Shown: one piece after another, positions 42,279 through 53,457 of the stretch | Layout of the letters: the number at the start of each line of letters is the position of its first letter | How positions within the stretch are numbered: the stretch's first letter is position 1 | From: an uncultured Nitrospiraceae bacterium | Lineage (GTDB): Bacteria > Nitrospirota > Thermodesulfovibrionia > Thermodesulfovibrionales > UBA6898 | Reading direction: 5' to 3' | Assembly: GCA_963811165.1 (NCBI GenBank) | Contig: CAWEQH010000008.1 | Coordinates: 480,001 to 544,000 of the forward strand | Length of the DNA: 64,000 nt | Position numbers and translations under genes: made by a program | The notes under the pieces: model-generated | Seen by the model: only the letters and a program-made list of their open reading frames with translations | Database searches by the model: none | What the model was told of the DNA's origin: nothing

Positions 42279-43013
42279 TTACCGTGTATTGATCTTGTGT
42301 GCCAGGCAGCCGGCGCCGAAGCCGTTGTCGATGTTCATGACCGCTATGCCCGGGACGCAGGAGTTGAGCATCGCAAAAAGGGCGGTAAGACCCCCGAGGC
42401 TTGTGCCGTATCCGGTAGAGGTGGGGACCGAGATGATCGGCTTGTCCGTCATACCTCCGACCACGGAGGGAAGCGCGCCCTCCATGCCGGCAACGACGAC
42501 GATCACTCGCGCCTTGCGCATGAAACCGGAGGTGTCGAGCAGTCTATGAAGCCCCGCGACGCCGACATCATATACCGTGCTCACCTTGCTGCCCAGGAAT
42601 GACGCGGTAACCGCCGCCTCTTCGGCAACGGGCATGTCGGACGTACCGGCCGTCAGCACCAACACATTTCCGCTCTTTTTCTTCGTCTCTCCAACAGCGA
42701 TCACTCCCGATGCCTTATGAAAGACCGCGCCCTTTATTCCGAGGGCGTCAAATATCTCTTTCGTGCCCTTCGTGACCAGGAAACTGCCGCTTCTTTTATA
42801 CATCGCAGAGGAGATGGCCACGACCTGTTCGGTGGTCTTTCCCGAGGCATACACGACCTCGGGGATTCCCTGCCTGATATGTCTGTGGTGGTCGACCTTC
42901 GCAAACTTCATGTCCTCATAGGGCAGGTGTCGTAACCTGCCGAGCGCATCTTCTATGGATACGGTCCCTTTTTTTACGGAATCCAGAAGCAGCTTGATCT
43001 TGCCCTTGTCCAT
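42279..43013 (-). CDS. larB: Nickel-pincer cofactor biosynthesis protein LarB
   Basis: DHHRHIRQGIPEVVY, AGTSDMPVAEEA, DVGVAGLHR, AGMEGALPSV, NIDNGFGA. Confidence 0.93.
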   Translation of the reverse strand: MDKGKIKLLLDSVKKGTVSIEDALGRLRHLPYEDMKFAKVDHHRHIRQGIPEVVYASGKTTEQVVAISSAMYKRSGSFLVTKGTKEIFDALGIKGAVFHKASGVIAVGETKKKSGNVLVLTAGTSDMPVAEEAAVTASFLGSKVSTVYDVGVAGLHRLLDTSGFMRKARVIVVVAGMEGALPSVVGGMTDKPIISVPTSTGYGTSLGGLTALFAMLNSCVPGIAVMNIDNGFGAGCLAHKINTR

Positions 43014-43020
43014 AGGCGGG

Positions 43021-44010
43021 TTAAAATTCGGAGCGCAGGGCCCGGTTCATAAGTACATTCACCGCCTCAGCAGGGTTTTTGTCTTTATAGATGACTTTAT
43101 ACACCTGTTCCACAATCGGCATCTCGACGCCGAACTTTTGTGAAAGCTCGAAGGCCGATAGCGCGGTCGCGACCCCTTCGGCTACACTCTTTGTCGATGA
43201 GAGGATGTCGGACAATTTCATCCCCTGCCCTAATTTGATACCGACCGAATAATTCCTCGAAAGTGCTCCCGTACAGGTAAGCACAAGGTCCCCCATGCCG
43301 CTTAGACCGGAAAAGGTCCTCTTGTCCGCTCCCATGTTCTCCCCCAGTCTCGTCATCTCGGCGATGCCCCTCGTGATGAGTGCGGCCCTCGCATTATGGC
43401 CGAGGCCGAGACCGTCTGAGATCCCGGATGCGATGGCGATCACATTCTTTAGCGCGCCGCCCAGTTCCACCCCTAAGATATCGGAGTGCGTATAGACCCT
43501 GAAATAACCGGTATTAAATATCTCTTGAAGGAGAAGACCGGAATCGGGATTGTTCGTCGCCAGCGTGACCGCGGTAGGCAGCTTGTTGATCACCTCTTTT
43601 GCGAAGCTCGGTCCTGACAGCACCGCACTTTGGTTGCCGGATATTTCATTTAAGACAGAAGATACGGTGAGGAGCGTCCCGTGTTCGATCCCTTTCGATG
43701 CGCTGACCACGACCGCGTTTTCATGAATGTATTTCACCGCTTCCTTAAAGACCGAACGGGTAAACTGAGTAGGCACGACGTTGAGGATATACCGGGCCTT
43801 TTTCACGGCGTCTTCCAGATCGTTTGTCGCATGTAATCCCCGCGGCAGGGTCACGTCCGGCAGATACGTCCCGTTTGTGAGACGGTCATTTATCTCATCG
43901 GCAATCTCTTTTTCGAAGGCCCAGAGGGAAACATCGTACCCCTTCTCGGCAAGAAGACTGGCCAGCGTGGTTCCCCAGCTCCCGGCCCCCATGACAGCGA
44001 TATAGCTCAT
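43021..44010 (-). CDS. gpsA: NAD(P)H-dependent glycerol-3-phosphate dehydrogenase
   Basis: GAGSWGT, LSGPSFA, GGALKNVIA, GDLVLTC..SRN. Confidence 0.96.
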   Translation of the reverse strand: MSYIAVMGAGSWGTTLASLLAEKGYDVSLWAFEKEIADEINDRLTNGTYLPDVTLPRGLHATNDLEDAVKKARYILNVVPTQFTRSVFKEAVKYIHENAVVVSASKGIEHGTLLTVSSVLNEISGNQSAVLSGPSFAKEVINKLPTAVTLATNNPDSGLLLQEIFNTGYFRVYTHSDILGVELGGALKNVIAIASGISDGLGLGHNARAALITRGIAEMTRLGENMGADKRTFSGLSGMGDLVLTCTGALSRNYSVGIKLGQGMKLSDILSSTKSVAEGVATALSAFELSQKFGVEMPIVEQVYKVIYKDKNPAEAVNVLMNRALRSEF

Positions 44011-44157
44011 GAATTACCCCCTATTCCCCAACCCTTATGTCCCTCGCGTAAGGACGGCATCAGAGCGGTTTCAGCGGCGCGTATTGCATCACCCCCGGGT
44101 GATGCGCGACGGAGCTGTCCTCATGCATACATTGTTGGCGGCGGATTCCGATCCTTC

Positions 44158-45891
44158 TCACTGTTTCTTCTGCGCCTTCTCGATCTTCGCCCACGTGTCC
44201 TTTAAAGTCACTATGCGGTTGAAAACGAGTTTCTTGTCCGTGGTGTCGACAGGATCCACGCAAAAATAGCCCTGTCTTTCAAACTGGTAGCGGCTTCCCA
44301 AGTCAGCCCCCGAAAGAGTCGGTTCAACAAAACACCGGTCAAGTCTCTCAAGAGAGTTCGGGTTGAGAAGGGACTTAAAATCCTTCCCCTCCTCCACATC
44401 TGCTGGATCGGCCTTCATTAAAAGATGGTCATAGAGACGCACCTCAGCGTGGACGGCATGCCTGGACGAAACCCAGTGCAACGTTGCCTTCACCTTCCGT
44501 CCGTCAGGGGAGTCGCCCCCTTTGGTCTTTGGATCATACGTACAGTGCAGCTCCATGATTTCTCCGCTCTTTTCGTCCTTGACGACCCCTGTGCAGGTAA
44601 TATAATATGCGTACCTCAACCTTACTTCGCGCTGGGGGGCCAGGCGGAAAAATTGCTTCGGCGGGTCTTCACGAAAGTCGTCTCTCTCGATGTAGATGAC
44701 ACGCGAAAAAGGGACTTTTCTCATGCCCATCGACGCGTCTTCCGGATTGTTCACGGCATCGAGGTCCTCCACAAGGTCCTCCGGATAATTATCGATGACC
44801 ACCTTAAGGGGCCGGAGCACCGCCATCACCCTTGGGGCACGCCTGTTGAGGTCCTCCCTTACGCAAAATTCCAGGAGTGCGATATCGACTATGCTGTCGC
44901 GTTTCGCAACGCCGATGCGGTCGCAGAAATTTCGGATCGCCTCGGGCGTATACCCGCGTCTCCTGATACCCGCGAGGGTAGGCATCCTGGGGTCGTCCCA
45001 CCCTGAGACATGCCCTTCCTGTACCAGCTGGATGAGCTTCCGCTTGCTGAGCACGGTATGGCTGAGGTTCAGGCGTGCAAACTCGATCTGCCGGGGCAAC
45101 GGGCTTTCCAGCAGTCCACCCCCGGCAAGCCGCTCAAGCAGCCAATCATAGAACGGCCTCTGGTCTTCGAACTCAAGGGTGCAGATCGAGTGGGTGATGC
45201 GTTCGAGCGCGTCCTCGATCGGATGGGCGTATGTATACATCGGATAGATGCACCACGTGCTGCCTGTGCGATGGTGGTCTGCATGCTTGATGCGATAAAT
45301 CGCCGGGTCCCGCATATTGATGTTGGGTGAGGCCATGTCTATTTTTGAGCGTAGCACCATCATGCCGTCGGGATGCCTGCCGTCGCGCATCTCCCTAAAC
45401 AGACGCAGGTTCTCCTCCACGGAACGTCCGCGAAAGGGAGAATCCGTCCCCGGTGACGTCAGCGTGCCCCGGTTCTCGCGCATCTCCTCGGCGGACTGGC
45501 TGTCCACATACGCATGGCCCGCAGTGATAAGGTATTCGGCAGCCCGGTACATGAAGCCGAAGTAGTCGCTGGCATAGAGCGGCTCAGGGCCGAAGTCAAA
45601 ACCGAGCCATCTGACCGACTCTATGATCGAGTCAACATACTCCTGTTCTTCTTTTTCCGGGTTCGTGTCGTCAAAGCGCAAATTGCATTTGCCGCCGAAT
45701 TCGGAGGCGATACCGAAATTAAGGCAGATCGACTTGGCGTGTCCCATATGCAGGTATCCGTTGGGTTCCGGCGGAAAACGGGTATGGACCCCGTCGTACT
45801 TCTTCGCCGTTATATCGTTTTCCACGATCTCCCGTATGAAATCTGCGGGTCTCGAAGGATCATTTTCGGCCATGTCTAAGGTTCCTTTCAC
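44158..45891 (-). CDS. glnS: Glutaminyl-tRNA synthetase
   Basis: [37 protein letters not shown]; start may be 45873. Confidence 0.96.
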   Translation of the reverse strand: MKGTLDMAENDPSRPADFIREIVENDITAKKYDGVHTRFPPEPNGYLHMGHAKSICLNFGIASEFGGKCNLRFDDTNPEKEEQEYVDSIIESVRWLGFDFGPEPLYASDYFGFMYRAAEYLITAGHAYVDSQSAEEMRENRGTLTSPGTDSPFRGRSVEENLRLFREMRDGRHPDGMMVLRSKIDMASPNINMRDPAIYRIKHADHHRTGSTWCIYPMYTYAHPIEDALERITHSICTLEFEDQRPFYDWLLERLAGGGLLESPLPRQIEFARLNLSHTVLSKRKLIQLVQEGHVSGWDDPRMPTLAGIRRRGYTPEAIRNFCDRIGVAKRDSIVDIALLEFCVREDLNRRAPRVMAVLRPLKVVIDNYPEDLVEDLDAVNNPEDASMGMRKVPFSRVIYIERDDFREDPPKQFFRLAPQREVRLRYAYYITCTGVVKDEKSGEIMELHCTYDPKTKGGDSPDGRKVKATLHWVSSRHAVHAEVRLYDHLLMKADPADVEEGKDFKSLLNPNSLERLDRCFVEPTLSGADLGSRYQFERQGYFCVDPVDTTDKKLVFNRIVTLKDTWAKIEKAQKKQ

Positions 45892-47312
45892 GGTTTTTTT
45901 TCTTCTATCGTCTCGATCGCCTTTTCAATCCTCTTTATCGTCTTTTCCTTGCCGACGATCTCCAGTACCTCGAAAATACCCGGACTCTCGGTGCCGCCGG
46001 TCAACGCCACCCTGACGGGCTGCGCAAGACTGCCGAGCTTGACGCCGTGTTTTTCGATAATGGACCTAAAGACAGCCTCAACCGATGCATGCGAAAATTC
46101 GGAAACACCGCCCAACGCCTCTTTAAGCTCGATCAAGAGATTGAGGCTCTTCTCGTTTAAAAACTTGTTCCGGGCCTTTTCATCGTATTCAACGTATTCA
46201 ACGATATAGTACCGCAGGGACCCTGCAAGTTCCACCAAAGTCTTCGCCCTCTCCTGGAGGGTCTTCACCGCCCTGGCGAGCCAGCCCATATCAAGCGCCT
46301 GACCCTCAGCGATAATTTTTTCCTTCCGGAGAAAAGGGACAACCAGCTCGGCAAGCCTCTCGGGGGTCGATGAGATTATATATTGCTGGTTCAACCAGGT
46401 GAGCTTTTCGGGGTTGAATACCGCGGCCGCCTTTCCCACGTTTTCGAAGGTGAAATATTTTATTAACTCCTCTTTCGTAAACACCTCCTGGTCCCCATAA
46501 GACCAGCCGAGCCGCACGAGATAATTGATGAGCGCATCCGGGAGATATCCCATCTCATAATAGGCCATCACCGACGTTGCGCCGTGTCTCTTCGAAAGCC
46601 TCGCCTTATCGGCCCCGAGTATCATCGGCAGGTGCGCGAACTTCGGCATAGGATATCCGAAGGCGCTGTAGAGCTGCATCTGCCTCGGCGTGTTATTGAG
46701 ATGGTCGTCCCCCCTGATGACGTGCGTGATCTTCATATCGACGTCATCGACCACTACGGTAAAGTTATAGGTAGGCGTCCCGTCGGAACGGAGGATGATA
46801 AGATCGTCGAGCTGGGAATTCTCGAACTCGACCTTGCCGCGGATCATATCATCCACTACCGTATGCCCTTCCTGGGGCATCCTGAACCGCACCGCAGGGG
46901 TCCTGCCGGGGACGGGTCCCTTAAGGAGCCTGCACCTGCCGTCATACTTGGGGGTCCCGCCCTTTGCAAGCGCCTCCTGGCGTCTCGCCTCAAGTTCTTC
47001 GGCGGAACAGTAGCAGTGATATGCCTTTCCTTCTTCCCTCAGCTTCGCGACATAGCCGCGGTACAGATCGAACCTGTCGGTCTGCCTGAGCGGCCCCTCG
47101 TCCCAGTCGAGGCCGAGCCATTTCATCCCCTCGATGATCGCATCGATATATTCTTCAGTCGACCGTGTCCGGTCGGTATCCTCGATCCTTAATATAAATG
47201 TGCCGCCGTGGTGCCTCGCATAAAGCCAGTTAAACAGCGCAGTTCTTGCCCCCCCTATATGCAGGAACCCGGTCGGGCTAGGCGCAAAACGAACTCTCAC
47301 TTCCTCAGCCAA
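45888..47312 (-). CDS. gltX: Glutamyl-tRNA synthetase
   Basis: [25 protein letters not shown]. Confidence 0.97.
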   Translation of the reverse strand: MAEEVRVRFAPSPTGFLHIGGARTALFNWLYARHHGGTFILRIEDTDRTRSTEEYIDAIIEGMKWLGLDWDEGPLRQTDRFDLYRGYVAKLREEGKAYHCYCSAEELEARRQEALAKGGTPKYDGRCRLLKGPVPGRTPAVRFRMPQEGHTVVDDMIRGKVEFENSQLDDLIILRSDGTPTYNFTVVVDDVDMKITHVIRGDDHLNNTPRQMQLYSAFGYPMPKFAHLPMILGADKARLSKRHGATSVMAYYEMGYLPDALINYLVRLGWSYGDQEVFTKEELIKYFTFENVGKAAAVFNPEKLTWLNQQYIISSTPERLAELVVPFLRKEKIIAEGQALDMGWLARAVKTLQERAKTLVELAGSLRYYIVEYVEYDEKARNKFLNEKSLNLLIELKEALGGVSEFSHASVEAVFRSIIEKHGVKLGSLAQPVRVALTGGTESPGIFEVLEIVGKEKTIKRIEKAIETIEEKKP

Positions 47313-47324
47313 GATGTCCTCCTT

Positions 47325-48779
47325 TTAGCAATTGCCCTTTACAATATCGAGTCTAATAAATTTTTCCGTGTCGCCCCGTACCCTGAACCTGTCGTCGGCA
47401 CGATACCCTGCGACCCATACAATATCATCTCCTGAAACGACGATCGGGACCATGTCCCTCTCGTCCCTCGGGACCTTTGCGTCAACAAAAAAATCCTGCA
47501 GCTTCTTCCGCCTCCCGAAACCCAGCGGGAAGAAATAATCTCCTGCCGACCTCGGCCGTATCTTTAGGGGGAATTTCATCGCGCCTGCATCGAGAAGTAC
47601 CGCCGATCTTCCGTCTCCGGCGTCTCCCTTCACGTCCTCAAGATGCGCCCTGATCACCGTCCCCGTCCCCTTAAGCGCAATTTCGGAAGGAGGACGGAGT
47701 TCATATTCGCCGATCCTCTCCGCCTTCTGAGATGTAATGACCAGGAGTGCATAGTCCTTTATGACCCTTATTCCCCTCGGCAGATACAATCTGCTTCCGG
47801 AGACGCCTTTTCTAAGGAGGCCGATAATGTCTTCCACATGGGTAAAGCTTATTCCTCTTAGGCTGTCGGTCTCCTCTATGGCCCTTCTAAGGACACGACG
47901 CAAGATCACGGTATCCATACTTTGCATCGGGGAAAGGAACAGTTCGATCCTGTTGTTCGTCTTTCTGCTGATCATCTTCATCAGCGCCTTGGTAACGACA
48001 AGACCGAAATAACGTTCTTCTTCCTGAAGTATGGATGCGGTATGAGTCATCGTGACCAGCAGAGACGGATTAAGCTCTTTCATCACGGGGACGAGCAGAC
48101 GTCTGATCCGGTTGCGGAAATATTCCATCCCCAGGTTAGATGAGTCAACGACGAACGGAATGTTTTCGGCAGAGAGGAAACCCTCGATATCGGCCCTCCC
48201 GATTTCGATGAGGGGCCTGACAACCTTGCCTCGCTTCACAGGCATTCCGGAAAGACCGCCCGGGCCGGCCCCCCTAAGGAGCCTCATGCATATCGTCTCG
48301 GTCTGATCGTCTGCGTTATGGGCGAGGGCAATTTTGCCGGCGCCCACATCAAGGGCCGCCTCATCGAAGGCGCCGTATCTCAGTTCCCGCGCAGCCTCCT
48401 GTTTGTTGAGTCCAAAGTTATCCACCCGGGAGAGCACGTCCACGGACTTGACGAGAAAATTTACCCCGAGCTTTCTGCAAAGATCTTCGCAGAATTCGAT
48501 TTCTTTAGAGGTCTCCTCGGGTCTCAGGTTATGATTCACATACATGGCATGAACGGTCAGTCCGTATGTGTCCCTCAGCCGGACCAATATGCTCAGAAGA
48601 CTGACCGAATCCGGTCCGCCGGAAAGCCCCACAAGCACAGTCTCACCTCCGTGAAACAAGCCGTGTTTGTCGATCGCAGCCGCTACCCTCTCCGTAAGAT
48701 TGCGGCCTCCGGTCACTGGCCCGGCCTTAATGCCTCTCATCTGCCCGCGCAGCCTCTCCCTATCATTAGGATGTTTCAT
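47325..48779 (-). CDS. tilS: tRNA(Ile)-lysidine synthase
   Basis: PP-loop SGGPDS, AARELRY, AHNADDQTET, RNRIR, TilS C-terminal domain. Confidence 0.94.
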   Translation of the reverse strand: MKHPNDRERLRGQMRGIKAGPVTGGRNLTERVAAAIDKHGLFHGGETVLVGLSGGPDSVSLLSILVRLRDTYGLTVHAMYVNHNLRPEETSKEIEFCEDLCRKLGVNFLVKSVDVLSRVDNFGLNKQEAARELRYGAFDEAALDVGAGKIALAHNADDQTETICMRLLRGAGPGGLSGMPVKRGKVVRPLIEIGRADIEGFLSAENIPFVVDSSNLGMEYFRNRIRRLLVPVMKELNPSLLVTMTHTASILQEEERYFGLVVTKALMKMISRKTNNRIELFLSPMQSMDTVILRRVLRRAIEETDSLRGISFTHVEDIIGLLRKGVSGSRLYLPRGIRVIKDYALLVITSQKAERIGEYELRPPSEIALKGTGTVIRAHLEDVKGDAGDGRSAVLLDAGAMKFPLKIRPRSAGDYFFPLGFGRRKKLQDFFVDAKVPRDERDMVPIVVSGDDIVWVAGYRADDRFRVRGDTEKFIRLDIVKGNC

Positions 48780-48858
48780 ATCGAATAATAATTATATTAT
48801 TATAGAGTACATCCGCACAAGCTGCACCGGCAAGAAGTGCTGCGGCTGCGAAAAACAC

Positions 48859-49032
48859 ATGAAAACAAAAAAAACACCTGCAAATACCAACCGCCCGGGG
48901 AAACTGAAATCTAAACGCCACGAAAGCGCGTATGGAGACAAGGTCCCGATATGCGCAAACACCGGATGCGTACTCAGGAAAAAGGCAACGTGTTTCGGGT
49001 TCGAGGGTTGTCCGGGCTTTAAGGGGAGGTAA
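48859..49032 (+). CDS. Putative 57-aa basic Cys-rich protein
   Basis: MKTKKTPAN...CANTGCVLRKKATCFGFEGCPGFKGR; fills the tilS-rodZ gap. Confidence 0.4.
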   Translation: MKTKKTPANTNRPGKLKSKRHESAYGDKVPICANTGCVLRKKATCFGFEGCPGFKGR

Positions 49033-49741
49033 TAGAAGAGCCGGCTTCACCGGGGGGAAGGGAAAGTGTGATTACCTGACCCGGTTCCCCCGGAACACCT
49101 AAATCCCTTCCATCAAGTCTGACCCTGATTCCCCCGGCATTCCCTACCTTCAGAAGCGCCTTATCCGAAAACCTCATCTCTTTTGAACTGCCCGGTCTTA
49201 GAATCATCTCCTCTGATCTGCCATCGGAAAATTTAAGGGAGATCCAGGTCGTGGCGGTCGCCGCCATCTCCAGGTGGTGTTCCCCTTCGTACTGCCTTTT
49301 GCCCACTGCCGACGGCCGGCTTGCGCGCGGAGGGACGGTCTCAACGACCCCGACAGGGCCCGATGGGACCTTCACTGTTTCTCGATGTTTGGTCCTGCTG
49401 TGTGCTACAAAAAAGAAAACAGCCAAGGCGCAGACCCCCAGAAAAACGATATAGTATATCCTGGGGACTTTCTTTTGTGAAAAGGCAATCGGGACGATCG
49501 TCGAATGTGTTGGTCGGGAAAGGTTCTTCGTGTAATAGTTGACTATGGATTCGGCATCCAGATCAAGATATTTCGCATAGCACCTTATATAGCCCATCGT
49601 GTAGACCGGGGCGGGGAGTTCTTCGAACGCGTCATTTTCGATGGCATCAAGATAGGCAGCGTTGATCTTGAGCAGGTCTGCTATTTCCCGGATATCACGG
49701 CCTAAATCTTCACGTCTTTTTTTTAAGATCTCTCCGGCCAA
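49019..49741 (-). CDS. rodZ: RodZ-like protein (HTH, TM, DUF4115)
   Basis: GEILKKRRE..YLDAIE..LP..Y..GYIRCYAKYL, TM, LKVGNAGGI. Confidence 0.85.
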   Translation of the reverse strand: MAGEILKKRREDLGRDIREIADLLKINAAYLDAIENDAFEELPAPVYTMGYIRCYAKYLDLDAESIVNYYTKNLSRPTHSTIVPIAFSQKKVPRIYYIVFLGVCALAVFFFVAHSRTKHRETVKVPSGPVGVVETVPPRASRPSAVGKRQYEGEHHLEMAATATTWISLKFSDGRSEEMILRPGSSKEMRFSDKALLKVGNAGGIRVRLDGRDLGVPGEPGQVITLSLPPGEAGSSITSP

Positions 49742-49891
49742 GTCCGTCCCTTAAAAGTTTTCACTAAAATAACACATAGGTTGCGATATTTTCAAAGTAA
49801 TAATTTGCATGGCATCATCCCAAGAAAACCAAAAAGGGACCTCCCGTCACTGTTTTTTTGGACCGGAACTTCCATGCTATTATAGGTGAGG

Positions 49892-51127
49892 ATGAAACGG
49901 GTCGTCATAACAGGGATAGGGGCGGTAACACCGCTTGGCAACAGCTTCGGGGAATCCTGGAAAGCCGCAAAGGCAGGTGAGTGCGGGATAGGGCCCATCA
50001 CCAGATTTGACGCTACACCTCTGCCCTGGAAGGTGGCGGGAGAATTAAAGGGCTTTGATGCTTCCCTCTACCTCGGAGAAAAAGAGATGAGGCGGGTCGA
50101 TCCGTTCGTACACTACGCGGTCGCAGCGGCGATGATGGCCGTCGAGGATGCGGGGTTGACAACGTCTTGTCCGTCGCGTGCAGACCGTCACCCCTCCCTT
50201 TTTTCCGGCGGCGTCATTATCGGTTCGAGCAGGGGCGGTATAAGCACCCTGGAGTATTCTCTGACACGGAACCTTGTCCATAAGAAGCGTTTCTCAGCAT
50301 ATCTTATGCCCGCCACGACTATCAGCATGGCGTCGTCTTACATAGCCAGGAAGTTGGGAGCCTGCGGATACTGCCTCGGTATTTCAAATGCATGCGCCTC
50401 CGGCGCAAACGCCATCGGCGAGGCATTTAGACTGATAAGAGACGGCTTCAAGGGGCCCGTGATTGCGGGCGGATCGGAAGCCCCTCTCTGCCGGTTATGC
50501 CTCGAAGGATATGGCGCGGCCGGCGCATTGTCCCGGACAGACGGTCCCTCTGCAAGCAGGCCGTTCGACGAAACAAGAGATGGTTTTGTGCTCTCCGAGG
50601 GCGCCTGCGTCGTGGTACTGGAAGATGAGAAGAGCGCGCTTTCAAGGGGGGCATCCATTCATGGAGAGGTCTTGGGCTACGGCAATACGGCCGATGCCTT
50701 CCATCAGACAAGGCCGAGCAGGGACGGAGTACTACGGGCGATGAGGGTCGCGATCGAAGAAGCGGGACTCTCTCCGGAGGACATCGGGGTCATCAGTGCT
50801 CACGGCACATCGACCCCCAACGGGGACAGGGCCGAATCAGAAGCCATTACCGCCCTCCTTGGGAATAGGTGTCCGGAGGTCATGGTGAGCGCAGCGAAAT
50901 CGATGACGGGGCATATGCTGGCTGCCTCGGGGGCCTTGGAGGCTGCGTTTGCGGTCACTACTTTGAAGGAGGGCATAGTACTGCCCACGATCAATCTTAC
51001 CGGAAGGGCTGATTGCGGGCTAAGCCTGGCGACTGAGAAAAAGGAGGTTTCCGCCGAAATCGCCATCTCCAACTCCTTCGGTTTCGGCGGAGTAAACGCA
51101 GTGCTTGTCCTTGGCCGTTATTGGTGA
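49892..51127 (+). CDS. fabF: Beta-ketoacyl-ACP synthase II family protein
   Basis: RVVITGIGAVTPLG, Cys NACASG, His AHGTST and TGHML, SNSFGFGG. Confidence 0.9.
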   Translation: MKRVVITGIGAVTPLGNSFGESWKAAKAGECGIGPITRFDATPLPWKVAGELKGFDASLYLGEKEMRRVDPFVHYAVAAAMMAVEDAGLTTSCPSRADRHPSLFSGGVIIGSSRGGISTLEYSLTRNLVHKKRFSAYLMPATTISMASSYIARKLGACGYCLGISNACASGANAIGEAFRLIRDGFKGPVIAGGSEAPLCRLCLEGYGAAGALSRTDGPSASRPFDETRDGFVLSEGACVVVLEDEKSALSRGASIHGEVLGYGNTADAFHQTRPSRDGVLRAMRVAIEEAGLSPEDIGVISAHGTSTPNGDRAESEAITALLGNRCPEVMVSAAKSMTGHMLAASGALEAAFAVTTLKEGIVLPTINLTGRADCGLSLATEKKEVSAEIAISNSFGFGGVNAVLVLGRYW

Positions 51128-51160
51128 GCGGGTAAAGACATTACGGGAAGTCCTCACACC

Positions 51161-52261
51161 CTATAACCGCTTCTCATAGACCCTGTATTTCTTGTACAAC
51201 TCCGCTCCAAACATCTCGATAGTGCGCTGAACCGCGACATTATCTTCCAGTATCCAGGAAAACTCCACCCTCTTATACCTTCCCTCTTTGATAGGGCCAA
51301 ACCCTTCCCTAAACAGCAGTGCCTCAATGCCTTTGTTGCGGAACTCTTTTTTGACGCCCAAAAGCATTACCCGCAGGTCCTTAATCTTCTTCGAATAATA
51401 CAGCGCCCGGGCGATACTCACTGGGTTCATCTTGCCGCCCATATGTTTGAGAACAAAGTTAAAATCAGGGACCAGACCCATGAAGCCCACGGGTCTGCCT
51501 TCCTCTTCCGCGATAAGGGTCATCCTGGGAATAATTATCTGCTTTAGTCTTGCCGCTGAATAATCAAGCTCTTCATCCGTCATGGGCAGGAAACCCCAGT
51601 TTTTCTCCCAGGCCGAGTGATATACCTCTTTGAATATCATCATGTCCGATTTGAAATTCTTCATATTGATCGGCCTCACGGAAATCCCCCTCTTTTCCAC
51701 AATGGCCGCAACTCTCAGGATCTTCTCAGGCAGTCTGTCCCTAAGTGTATAGAGATACGCGTAGAGGTCCTTGACTTTCCTGAAGCCGTAATCCTCGGCA
51801 AGATCGTTGTAATAAGGGGGATTATAGGGCATCATGATAAAGGGAGGTTCTTTGAACCCTTCTAAGAGGAACCCGCATTCCTCATTCGTCGAAAAGTTCA
51901 TCGGGCCCCGCACCTCTTCCATCCCTTCCTCCTTGAGGTAGGCCGCCGCCTTATCGAAGAGGGCGCGGGAAACGGACCTGTCGTTGACCGCCTCAAAAAA
52001 ACCGAAGAAGCCCGTTTTCTCGTGATGGAACTCGTTATGCCTTCTGTTGACAAAAGATAGTATCCTGCCGGCTGTGCGGCCTTCTTTCTTTGCCACAAAA
52101 AATTTGGCGCTGGCATGGGCGAAAAAAGGATTTTCTGAAGAGAAATGCGTACGCATCTCTTTTGTAAGCTGAGGCACAAACAGGGGATCGTCCGCGTATA
52201 AGGACAGGGGAAATTTGATGAAGTCATCGAGAGACCCCCGCGCCTCAATGACTTCGACCAT
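51161..52261 (-). CDS. YghO-like GNAT-fold protein, putative bacterial ceramide synthase
   Basis: FIKFP..LY.DDP.FVP.L, GFFGFFE, GPMNFSTNEECG, MMPYNPPYY, SWILEDN; coupled to the spt-like gene. Confidence 0.75.
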   Translation of the reverse strand: MVEVIEARGSLDDFIKFPLSLYADDPLFVPQLTKEMRTHFSSENPFFAHASAKFFVAKKEGRTAGRILSFVNRRHNEFHHEKTGFFGFFEAVNDRSVSRALFDKAAAYLKEEGMEEVRGPMNFSTNEECGFLLEGFKEPPFIMMPYNPPYYNDLAEDYGFRKVKDLYAYLYTLRDRLPEKILRVAAIVEKRGISVRPINMKNFKSDMMIFKEVYHSAWEKNWGFLPMTDEELDYSAARLKQIIIPRMTLIAEEEGRPVGFMGLVPDFNFVLKHMGGKMNPVSIARALYYSKKIKDLRVMLLGVKKEFRNKGIEALLFREGFGPIKEGRYKRVEFSWILEDNVAVQRTIEMFGAELYKKYRVYEKRL

Positions 52262-53457
52262 CAGATAATGCCCAGGGCCTTGCCTACCTTTTCAAAGGCG
52301 CTCAGCACCTTCTCAATATGTGCATCAGTATGCGTGGCCATGTAACTCGTCCTGATAAGGGCCTTGCCGCTTGCCACGGCAGGACTGACGGCCACATTGG
52401 CGAAAACGCCTTCCTGCTGGAGCATCATCGCCATGGTAAATGCCTTGAGGTCTTCGCCGACAAGAATTGGAATAATCGGCGTTTCCGTGGGGCCTATCTC
52501 AAAACCGAGTGACTTGAAGCCCTTATGCACCTTCCGCGTATTTTCCCACAGCTTCTTGATCCGCCCGGGCTCGTTTTCGATAATGTCGAGTGCGGCGCTT
52601 ACCGCGGCTATAGACGCAGGGGGAGGGCTCGCACTGAAAATCAGGGCCCTTGCGAAATGTTTGATGTAATGGACCACATGTTCATCCCCGGAGATAAATC
52701 CTCCTATAGAAGCAAGGGATTTACTATAGGTGCCCATGATAAGATCGACGTCCTTTTCAAGTCCGAAGTGTTCGGCAGTGCCGCGGCCGGTCTTTCCCAG
52801 GACACCGATCCCGTGTGCATCGTCGACCATGATCCTCGCACCATATTTTTTTGCAAGCCCCACCACCTCGGGCAGGTTGATAATATCGCCTTCCATACTG
52901 AAAACGCCGTCAACGACTATCAGTTTTTTCCGGTCCTTGTTCTCAAGGAGGATCCTTTCCAGGTCGGTCATATCGTTATGCCTGAACTTCCTCACCTCAG
53001 CATAAGAGAGCCGGCATCCGTCTATGATGCTCGCATGGTCCATCTTGTCGATGATGATGACATCGTCCTTCCCTGCAAGGGCCGATATCACACCGAGATT
53101 TACCTGAAACCCGGTCGAAAAAACAAGGGCGGCCTCTTTCCTGATAAAACGCGCAAGTTTCTCTTCGAGACGCACATGGATATCAAGGGTCCCGTTAAGG
53201 AATCTCGATCCTGCGCAACCCGAACCATATTTTTTTATGGCATCCAGTGCAGCGTCCTTGACCTTCGGATGGTTTGTGAGACCCAGATAATTATTGGAGC
53301 CGACCATGATCATCGTTTTCCCGTCAATCACGACCTCGGGGTCCTGGGCGCTCTCGATCACCCTGAAATAGGGATACATTCCGGCGGTGATCAATTCCTT
53401 CGCCTTGGTAAACTTGTAGCACTTATCGAAAAGGTCTGCTGACCTCTCTATAGCCAT
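52261..53457 (-). CDS. spt: Alpha-oxoamine synthase, putative serine palmitoyltransferase
   Basis: [37 protein letters not shown] lysine GTYSKSLAS. Confidence 0.78.
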   Translation of the reverse strand: MAIERSADLFDKCYKFTKAKELITAGMYPYFRVIESAQDPEVVIDGKTMIMVGSNNYLGLTNHPKVKDAALDAIKKYGSGCAGSRFLNGTLDIHVRLEEKLARFIRKEAALVFSTGFQVNLGVISALAGKDDVIIIDKMDHASIIDGCRLSYAEVRKFRHNDMTDLERILLENKDRKKLIVVDGVFSMEGDIINLPEVVGLAKKYGARIMVDDAHGIGVLGKTGRGTAEHFGLEKDVDLIMGTYSKSLASIGGFISGDEHVVHYIKHFARALIFSASPPPASIAAVSAALDIIENEPGRIKKLWENTRKVHKGFKSLGFEIGPTETPIIPILVGEDLKAFTMAMMLQQEGVFANVAVSPAVASGKALIRTSYMATHTDAHIEKVLSAFEKVGKALGII

